DNA of 64,000 nt from Flaccisagitta enflata (lineage: Eukaryota): assembly GCA_965153355.1 (NCBI GenBank), contig OZ231126.1:27652001-27716000 (forward strand). Direction: 5' to 3'. Under the pieces are notes generated by a model. The model was not told the DNA's origin. It ran no database searches and was given only the letters and a program-made list of their open reading frames with translations. This document shows, in pieces, positions 54,940 to 64,000 of the stretch; positions within the stretch are counted from its first letter, which is position 1; every line of letters begins with the position of its first letter. Made by a program: the position numbers and the translations under genes.

Positions 54940-54942
<3 letters not shown>
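53545..54942 (+). mobile_element. Family-1 HINE with ~1.2-kb central 10-bp satellite
   Basis: Same termini as 21274-23135; (taagtcattc)n grading into (taggtaatta)n; inserted in a (CT)n tract. Confidence 0.88.
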
Positions 54943-55164
<222 letters not shown>

Positions 55165-56765
55165 ACGCGTTTCTACATTTAAAAGTTCTACATACACACC
55201 CTCCATGTGTGATTTTATTGCGTGGTCTATTCACGTATTAGTGAGCACTTAAAATGTTGCTTGTACACAACAAAAATTAATAAAAGATTTTCGGCATGAA
55301 AAAATACTCCGTTTCGACATCATGGCGTTTGGCAGTTAAAGAATTACCTATCATTTTCTGCTTGGATCCATAAAGAGCTTATAAATGTCGTTATGCCCAG
55401 CGATGCCGTTGCATTTTTCAAGCTTTCCAAACGACTCCACGAAAAAATGAATATTTTTCACCACAGAAATTTACCGCTCGGCGGCTTACCCTTTCCATTC
55501 TAACATCAGTACACAGCTATAGAAGGGTGGGAAGGAATGCGGCTTCTTGAGCGATATGTTGTTCTGATTGAAAAATAACTGTAAAACCTGTAAAAAAAAT
55601 CTGATTGATTTTTTTTGAATTACGTAAAATTTTAGTCCGATCCAATATGTAGGCTAGATTAGAATATTGAAAAGTGAGTTCTGATGATATTAAATCACAA
55701 GTTGAAGAATAAGAAAAACTAATATATTTAAGCAATAAAACAATTAGCATAAATTTTGATCTTGATTTATAATCAAATAAAATTAAAATATTTAAGATCT
55801 ATCCTCCGGTCTAGGTCATCTTTAGTCCCATCATACTGTAACATCTGAAGAGAAAAAAAGACTCGATATTTCGTTGAATCTTAGAAAGTGTTGACCGGAC
55901 TTGAATGTCATTCACTTTTATCCAACAGCTGTTTAGCTGCTAGTTATGTACTGGTCATATCGTTTTTCAATACAAAAGTTGAGAAGTGAAATTTCACACA
56001 CAATTTGATATAATAGCATTTGAGACGAATCGGAAGATCTCCTCTGTATAACAAGGTCCAGCATGTCAACGAGATGTCCTAACATGAAGAATATCCTGAT
56101 TTGTTTCAACTATAAAATGATTGGCTTTGATATTGAATTGATATGCAAAGAAAGATCAATCTTTGGATCTGGTTGGCATTTTTATCGATGAGGTATCAAA
56201 TTTTTCTGATTTCAGTATATGCAATCTAAACCAACAGGCCAATTTTTGGACGAATTTGGTTTCCTATGAAGATGCGAGGTCGCATCTAAAATGCTCAGAT
56301 TTTTCTGTTTTCGCCTCTGACACGAGTTTGCCCGCGTCTGATTTGTTCCCGAGGCACAAAGTCGGACGAATGAGGCCGACTCGGAGGTGGCATCCCGTCG
56401 CGCTGACATCCATTTAACTGGTGCAAAACAGTCTTTTGTCTGGTCTTTAAGTCTCATCCTTTTAAAGTGGATTAGGTTTCTGGTTGAATCAACTTAATTT
56501 CGGAGATTCAAACTCAGAAAAAACCTTCGACAATAATTACTTGTTTTTGTAAGACTGGTTATTTTCATCGTTTTTTATGTTCAATCAAAAGAAGCCATAT
56601 CAAAAGGTCTTCTAAATTCTCAATAAAAGATTTTAAGGCCGGCTATCCAAGTCGCGTTTGATGTGAAAGAGGCGAATAAAGTTGAGCATTCCGCTCCCTG
56701 TGGCCGGGGGGGGGGGGGGATTTTTATAAGGGGTTCCGATGAAAAAAATCAAGGCTTGAAAAGAG

Positions 56766-57296
56766 AACCTGTCGCTCAAGGGCAATATGTGGTCAGCGAT
56801 ACTCGCTGCCCTGTTTTGTGTGGTAGTGATCATAAGTTAGCAGGGCAGCAACCCTGAAGGGGACGATGTTCTGTAGAACACTGGGACTTTTGCTCAATTG
56901 AGATTGTGAGGCAAAAATTTGAGCCTTTAGCGCGTTAGGTTGTGATTTGAGCCTTGAAGCTGTGATCTGAGCCTTGACGCTGTGCTTTGAGCCTTGAAGC
57001 TGTGCTTTGAGCCTTGAGGCTGGAATTTGACCTTGAGGCTGGAATTAGGCTTTAAAATTGGGATTTGAATCTCCAGGCTTGCATTTGAGCCTCCAGGTTG
57101 GGACTTGAGCCTTGAGGTTGGGAATTTAGCTTTAAGGCTTGGATCTGAGCTTTGAGGCTGAAATTTAATCCTCAGGTGGGGGGAATGAATGGATAAACAC
57201 ACGAATGAATGGATAAACGTATGAATGAACGGATAAACATATGAACAAAAATCCCCTTTACAGGACATCGTTCCATTCGGGCCACTGCCAAAAAAG
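56766..57296 (-). mobile_element. Family-2 element, minus orientation
   Basis: Reverse complement of the 3' tail (caagggcaatatgtggtcagcgata), 20-bp array, degenerate subTIRs. Confidence 0.75.
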
Positions 57297-57397
57297 AGCG
57301 ATTTTTCGAAGGTTTTTCCATTTTTGGTAACAACAATATAGTGCTATACTATTTTGACTCTTATCGGCAATATTTCTTTATCAAGTTGCTATATTTG

Positions 57398-57806
57398 TGC
57401 AGACGGGGCCCTAATAAGAGCGGAAGAGGGACCCAATTGTTACATGCCCCCCTACAGCTTACATAGTTCATTCAATTTCCTCACTTGCAGTGGCGGTTGA
57501 CTTTAGGTAGATACAATTGGCGCCACCGTGGCGATTTTTCAATTACCACCTTTAACCCCCCCCCCCCAACAGGCCAACTTTATATCAAAATTTGAAAAAA
57601 TAAATTATTCGATGTTTTGGGCTTCAAGGGTGGTTCGGAGGGGTTCAGGGTGGAAATTGAAAAATCGCCTTGGTAGCGCCATTTCTATGGACCTAAGGTG
57701 TCCACCGTCACTGCAAGTGTGAAAAATTGATTGAACCATGTGAGCTGTATGGGGGGCATGCAGTACTTAGGGTCCCTCCTCCGCTCTTATTTGGGTCCCC
57801 TCTGTG
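57398..57806. mobile_element. Palindromic MITE
   Basis: aataagagcgga.gagggg.accc / gggtccctcctccgctcttatt, catgcccccc / ggggggcatg, cacttgcagtg / cactgcaagtg, ggcgatttttcaatt / aattgaaaaatcgcc. TSD not resolved. Confidence 0.8.
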
Positions 57807-58702
57807 CTCTGGGTAGAAAATTAAGAACTCTTTGACCAGCCGGGGAAGGAAATCAAAGATTGGGGGGGGGGAGAATTATCAACATGCTGTGTGACACATC
57901 CATCCATCTTTTGGTTGGTCTTAGTAGTTTAAGATGGCTTCAGAGTAGTCAAATGACCTACCGTAGTTCTGCTCCAGAAAAATTTCTGCTTCCTGTGGAT
58001 ATGTTTGGTTTCTTCTGTCAAAGAAAACAATTTGTAGTGCTGATTTTATTTAAACAAGGCCGGATACACGGCTATCCCAGTCGCTTGCGGGTAGCAGGGG
58101 CCATATTTGAGGTCAATGGAGCATTTGGGCAGCAGCAGTACAGTAAAGTGTGACGGACCGACGGACCGACAAAGCGGGGTGTAGAGTCGCGTAGCACGCG
58201 ACTGAAAACGTCCCGACTTATTCCTTCAATAATGATGAACGAATAGCTCTCCGCCCTTTCGTGTTGACTGTTCGTGTTGACTGATAGTGCATTCATGCGT
58301 TGTAACAGCTGGGAGGTGTCGAATCTGCCGGGTCGACGAATTCCTTTCGTTGAAATTGACTTATTTCGGTTTGTTTTTCTTACGTCCAAGTGTAAACTTA
58401 GCAAGTCTGAATATCGGTAAAATTCATTGATAACGAGAATAAAAAGAAGAAAGATATATTTTTTTTTCTTTTTTTCGATGGGATCTTTGTTCTTGGAAAC
58501 GCGCGAAAAACGCATTCACGTCAAAATAGTTGTCTAGCAACTTAGGAATGACTTTATATCCCTTAGTCCGTATCTTAGTCTGCTGGAAATTGTTTTGGGA
58601 GCTTCTTATTTGAAGCACTGAAAGACCTTTTCCTTTTCCAGGAAATTTTCTTTGATCATTAAACTTCAATTTTCCTCTGACCATTCAATTTTTTCTCCAC
58701 AG

Positions 58703-58905
58703 CAAATCCGATAAGTTGGCCTCGTACCATCACATGATGGACAGCAACCGGGCGTCGGAGGTAAACGGCGGCGGCGTGGACGGGGCGCCAAAGCATCGCG
58801 AGGGAGTCAAACAGCTCGACGGCTATGTCGGATTCGCCAATCTGCCCAATCAAGTCTACAGGAAAAGCGTCAAGAGAGGCTTCGAATTCACGCTCATGGT
58901 TGTCG
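58703..58905 (+). CDS. SEPT7: Septin-7-like coding exon (N-terminus, polybasic region, start of the G1 P-loop); the rest of the gene lies beyond the window
   Basis: Translation ...[29 protein letters not shown] is the SEPT7/Peanut-group signature; acceptor ttttctccacAG at 58702; phase-1 donor G|GTGAGT at 58906; candidate start ATG at 58734. Confidence 0.92.
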
Positions 58906-58941
58906 GTGAGTAAAAGTAAACAAATGACGTTAATAATTGTC

Positions 58942-61900
58942 CACACTGTCCCCGTTAGCCCTATAAAGTCAGACATTAATGTCCCCTCATCAGACCATGT
59001 TTCCAGTGTTTTATGATGTGTTGGGACTTGAAATAGCTTGCTGGCAAATTTTTTCTCACGCGGAGATTTTTTTAATCAGGAAAAAAGTCAGTCTTTGACT
59101 TTTTGACATATTCAAGAAAAACAGGGCTTTTATTTTCTAATGAGGAAGTTGGGGAACTCGTAGGGCTGATTGCACCCTCGGACAAAATCGATAGGGTAAG
59201 TAAATTTGATAATTCTCTTTCATTTGGCGCCAAGCAGAATGCTCTACAGCAAATATTTTTTGCGTTATGAATTTTTGAATATTTATTTACGAAAAATTCA
59301 AATTGAATTTTTTTCCGATTTTTCATGATTTTGAAATGGATCAATAAAAGAGTGTATTTGAGTTTGTTTGAGCACGCAAATACATGAAAACATGTTTACG
59401 AGCATAGCTGCTCATCTCTGAGGGTGTTTTGGAGCATTTTAGCTCATTTAGCTCATTTAGCTCAGTTTTTTTTCTTGATTTTAAATGCAAATATGAATAA
59501 ATATTTTGGAACACATTTCAGCAGGCAGCTACAAGAGAGCATGTCAACGAGCAGACCAGCATTTTAGCTCATTTAGCTCATTTAGCTTACTGTTTAGTTG
59601 CGGACACGCAACTTTAAAAGAGCCTTTGTCCGTCCTTCTTTCGGTCCATTGATCCATCCCTCTGTTGCTCCATGAGCACGAGTTGAAAAATGTGAAAACA
59701 CACATTTTCGCCCCTGCCCACCCGTCCGCAACTGGTATTGGCCATGTATCCGGCCTTGTTTTCCTAACTTTTAATAGGATGAATAAATGTTTTAATTGAG
59801 CATGCAAATACAAGAAAGCATTTCAGTGAGCATAGCTTGATATCTGGTTGAGTGATTTTGTGTATTTAAACTTATCTAGCTGATTTGGCTCAGTTTTATT
59901 TTTCTCTGATTTTCAGTGCAATCAATACATAAAATTGCTCTTAATTTGATCTAACAAATTAAAAAATGCAGGGACTGAAAATAAAAGCTTAGTGAGAAGT
60001 GACCAATGCTTACAATTTTTTTCCTCACGGCAACAGCGACATCTTGTATCTTAAATCTGACCTTTCAGGCCCCAAATGAACTTTTTGGATCCCTTTTTGA
60101 GCGGGGGCCTCAAAGGAAATAAAGTCTTGTGGAACACAGGGCAATTTTTGTTTGTCTGTTTATTTGTTTATTCATCCATCCCTTTGTCCCCCAGGCCTCC
60201 TCAGGCCTGGAATCTGCTCTCTCACGCCTGAAATATGCCAGTTCAGGCCCAAAATCTGCCCTCTCAGGCCTTGAATCTGCCCTCTCAGGCCTAGATTCTG
60301 CCCTCCCAGGCCTTGAATCTGCCCTCCCAGGCCTAAAGGCCCTCTAGAGGCTAGAGGCCCAAATCCTAGTCTCAAGGCACGAATCCTAGCCTAGAGGCCA
60401 AAATCCTAGCCTCGAGGCCCAAATCCTAGCCTCGAGGCTCAAATCCTAAGCTTGAGACTCAAATCCCAGCCTCGAGGCTCAAATCCCAGCCATGAGGCTC
60501 AAATACCAGTCTCAAGGCTCAAATCCTAGCCACGAGGCTCATATCCCAGTCTCCAGGCCCTAATTCCAGCCTTGAAGTTCAAATAAAAACAGCATAGGTC
60601 ATCGGCCCCTTTAGGGCCCCTGCCCCTCTAACCACCACACCCACATACACTCATAGGGGCAACGGGTACTGCTGTCCATCTGACGCTTTTGCGACTATTT
60701 TTATTAGTCTGTCAGTCTACTTGTCAGTCTTTTTGTTAGTCTGTCAGTCTGTCCATCCCCTCCCTTGGTCAAGACTCTTAGGCCTCAAATCAGGCTTCTG
60801 TTGTCAAATCAAGCCTCTTATGCCTCAAATCAGGCCCCTCAGACCTCCAATCAGGCTTTTCAGGCCTCTAATTAGGCCTCTCAGGCCTCTAACCAGCTAA
60901 GTTATTTCAGGCTTCAAAGCAGTTCTTTATAGCCTTTCAGGCCTCTATTCAAGCCTCTTAGGCCTCAAGTAGACCTTTCAAGCTTCAAATCAGCACTCTC
61001 AAGCATGAAACTGGCCCTCTTAAGCCTCACATCAGCCTTCACAGACCTTGAATCAGCCTCCTTAGGCATCAAACCCTTCAGGCCTCAAATCAACCCTCAC
61101 AGGCTTCAAATCAGCCTACAAACAGGCTCTACAAACAGCCTTAATCCTTCAGGCTGTTTAAGCCTTCAATCAGCCATCTGCAGCATTTCTAATTAGGGAT
61201 CCTAGGAGCGTGAAAACATTTCAAGTGGGAGACTGGGCCACAATTATAATGCTATTTCAAAAATAATTAGAAAGAATTGAAGATTTTCAATTTTTTGGGC
61301 TGCAATTACAGTGCTATTTGAGGAATAATTAGAAAAAATTGAAAATCTTCAATTTTTTTCAATTTTGATATTGAATGTTTTCACCCTTTTGCCTCCCATT
61401 TCTAAACAATTTTAGCTACAAACGCTAAATTGCACTTATCTTATAATTTTTTTGATGTAGATTAATTTTTTTTCAAAGTTTACTAGCTATTCTTTAAGCT
61501 GACCCTAAGCATTGTTTTTGAACTACAACCACCCATTCATTCTCAAACGCTAATATGTCATACCAGTAACGGCGGCTTTCACCGTGAAGAAAAAAGTTGC
61601 AAGCATTGGTTACTTTTCACCAAGCTTTTATTTTCAGTCCCTCCATTTTTTAATCTGTTAGATCAACTTAAGAGCAGTTTTATGTGTTGATTGCACGGAA
61701 AATCAAAGAAAAATAGAACTGAGCCAAATGAGCTAGATGAGCAAAAATACTCAACATCACTCAACCAGATAACCAGCTATGCTCACTGAAATGCTTTCTG
61801 GTATTTGCATGCTTAATTAAAACATTTATTCATCCTACTAAAAGTTAGAACAAAAAATAAACTAAATGAGCTAAATGCTAAAATGCTGGTCTACTCACTG

Positions 61901-62506
61901 ATATGCATTCTTGTAGCTGCTTGCTTAAACATGTTTCAAAATATTTATTCATTTGTTGCATTTAAAATCAAAAAAAAAAAAACTAAGCTAAATGAGCTAA
62001 ATGAGCTAAAATGCTACAAAACACCCTCATTGATGAGCAGCTATGCTTGTAAACATGTTTTCATATATTTGCATGCTCAAAAAAACTCAAATACACTCCT
62101 TTATTGATTCTATTCAAAATCATGAAAAATTGAAAGAAAATTCAATATGAATTTTTCGTAAATAAATCTTTAAAAATTCATAACGCAAAAAATATTTGCT
62201 GTAGAGCATTCTGCTTGGCGCCAAATGAAAGAGAATTATCACATTTACTTACCCTATCAATTTCATTCGAGGGTGCAATCAGCCCTATGAGTTCCCCAAC
62301 TTCCTCATCAGAAAATAAAAGCCCTGTTTCTCTTGAATATGTCAAAAAGTTGAAGACTGACTTTTTTCATGATTAAAAAAATCTCAGCGTGAGAAAAAAT
62401 TTGCCAGCAAGCTATTTCAAGTCCCAACACATCATAAAACACTAAAAACATGGCCTGATGAGGGGACATTGATGCCTGACTTTATAGGGCTAACGGGGAC
62501 AGTGTG
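58942..62506. mobile_element. 3.56-kb non-autonomous foldback element, ~0.9-kb TIRs, CAC...GTG termini, 4-bp TSD (Chapaev/CMC-like)
   Basis: TGTC|cacactgtccccgttagccctataaagtcag ... ctgactttatagggctaacggggacagtgtg|TGTC; arms ~58942-60045 and ~61560-62506; HINE (~59593-59760) in the left arm only; family-2 elements in the middle. Confidence 0.92.
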
Positions 62507-63164
62507 TGTCACCACGAACAGAAAATTTATTATTTCCCTTACTGACTTAGATGTAGCAGGTGAACAGCGCGATTGTAGCGTAAATAAGAGAAATGCGGTT
62601 TTTACAGTGTGATGATTTTATTTTGGTCGTAGAAATAAATTGTCGTGAAGAAAGCGAAGGAAATGAAAGGTTTAAAAACGTTAGAGACGCGATAGAAAGC
62701 TCGAAACAAAAGTACTAATGTAAGAAAGCAAATGTCTACATAAATGTCAAGTCTTGAATGTAACTTGTAGCCCTTTTGCGTGGTTCAAGCTTGACGATAA
62801 ACAACATCACAGATATTGAATAGCGAAAAATGAACGCCTACAGCTAAAAAAAAAATTTAAAGAGAAAAAAAAGACTAGAAAAAAAATCAGATGGGGCAAG
62901 ATATATCTGTGTAATATTCGGCTAATAACAATACGGTTCCAGAGTTGATCAAGTGGCATGCGACGAGTGTCACAAATCAGCCTTTGATAACGTAACAAAC
63001 TCGTTCACGCACGAATAAGAAGATTCTTCGGTTCGAGAGATTATGGCACGGTTATCTTTGGTTTCTTTGAATGAAATAAAAACAACTGCGTAATCCGAGC
63101 GTTTCGACAGGCTTTTAAAGCTCACACATGCGTGTAACGAAGCAAAACAAATGAAGCGCGAGCT

Positions 63165-63986
63165 TCATCCTTGAGCGCACATTCCTTCCCAAAGCATCGA
63201 GTCTTGAAAATGAACGAATTTGCCCTTTCTCGCGTCCATTGCGGCCTTTTCTAGACATTTCAAAGTCTTGACGTTCGTGTCCCAGAATGTGGCGGAGTGG
63301 TATGTCCGACCGTACTTGCCGCAGAAAGCCTCCACTCGCTCCCTCAGATCGCGCAAGCGATGGCGCGGCACGCGAGGGAATATGTGATGAGCTGGATACA
63401 AAGGAACAGATGAAAACGATTGATGAAATAGGCTTAAGGGAAACTTGGAGTGTTGTAATATGGCAGGTCGCAGGTGCATATCAAGATGTACGCTAGAATT
63501 ACAAATGTATTGGCATTATTCCCCAACCTGTTTGGAACTGAAGTCCGCCGTGAAACCAATCCATCCAGCGAGGACAATCGATATCGATGCAAGTTCGGAG
63601 CTGGTGGAGGAAATTATTGAAAAAATATAAGATTATTAAATCACTATCTCCGGTGAGGTTATCCTAAAAAAATCACTCACTTCGTTTCCATTCCATGTTT
63701 CATACCTGCGTGTCGAAAAATTGTTCATCGTCGTTTTTGTAAGTGATGTCCTCGAAAATCTCCATGGAAAAGTGGGAAAGGCAAATCTGCAAGAAGAATG
63801 ACAGAATCGGTGATTGGAGATCTTGCGCTTGTCGTATGTCGAAACCATTCTGACTTAACGTACCTGGACATGGAGAATACCAGCGATGGCGTGAGACAAG
63901 AGAAGGCATGAGATCAGCAATTTCCAAGTGAGACAGTGACTAAGCATCCACGAGACCCAACTCCAGTAGATGATGACACCGGCGAT
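63165..63986 (-). CDS. Front-end desaturase, Delta8-sphingolipid desaturase (SLD1)-like; last four exons 63986-63864, 63786-63706, 63600-63528, 63391-63165
   Basis: GT-AG introns of 77, 105 and 136 nt join in frame to give IAGVIIYWSWVSWMLSHCLTWKLLISCLLLSHAIAGILHVQ/ICLSHFSMEIFEDITYKNDDEQFFDTQ/LRTCIDIDCPRWMDWFHGGLQFQT/AHHIFPRVPRHRLRDLRERVEAFCGKYGRTYHSATFWDTNVKTLKCLEKAAMDARKGKFVHFQDSMLWEGMCAQG*; third His box is QxxHH. Confidence 0.9.
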
Positions 63987-64000
63987 CTACAAAGAGTGAA

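Noticed and set aside
62557-62600. cag|GTGAACAG as the next septin exon (G-E...)
   Set aside because: Continues QRDCSVNK rather than SGLGKST, and the polypyrimidine tract is poor.
63392-63479. N-terminal part of track ORF 63165-63479 (MHLRPAILQ...)
   Set aside because: Intronic read-through; the exon begins after the acceptor AG at 63393-63392.

Overview
Repeat-dominated, AT-rich eukaryotic DNA, almost certainly from a non-vertebrate animal (SEPT7-type septin exon, spliceosomal introns, Helentron-type interspersed repeats). I cannot name the species. Most ORFs in the supplied track come from micro- and minisatellites. Supported coding content: (1) a 5'-truncated, frameshifted Tx1/L1-clade LINE ORF2 (~5.97-9.80 kb); (2) the 3' fragment of a second LINE inside a (GAA)n tract, itself split by a hAT-type MITE (16.25-18.16 kb); (3) a disabled four-exon orphan gene on the minus strand (46.7-53.4 kb); (4) one coding exon of a septin-7-like gene (58703-58905, +); (5) the last four exons of a front-end desaturase (63165-63986, -) whose motifs resemble fungal/plant Delta8-sphingolipid desaturases (SLD1) and which appears to lie antisense inside the septin intron. 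The rest is a nested mosaic of non-autonomous elements: two Helentron-associated (HINE/DINE-like) families with variable central tandem arrays, MITEs with TA, 4-bp and 8-bp target-site duplications, a 3.56-kb foldback element, and a ~1.05-kb-arm inverted duplication carrying a tRNA-like Pol III cassette. No database search was possible, so family assignments rest on motifs, termini and TSDs read by eye.
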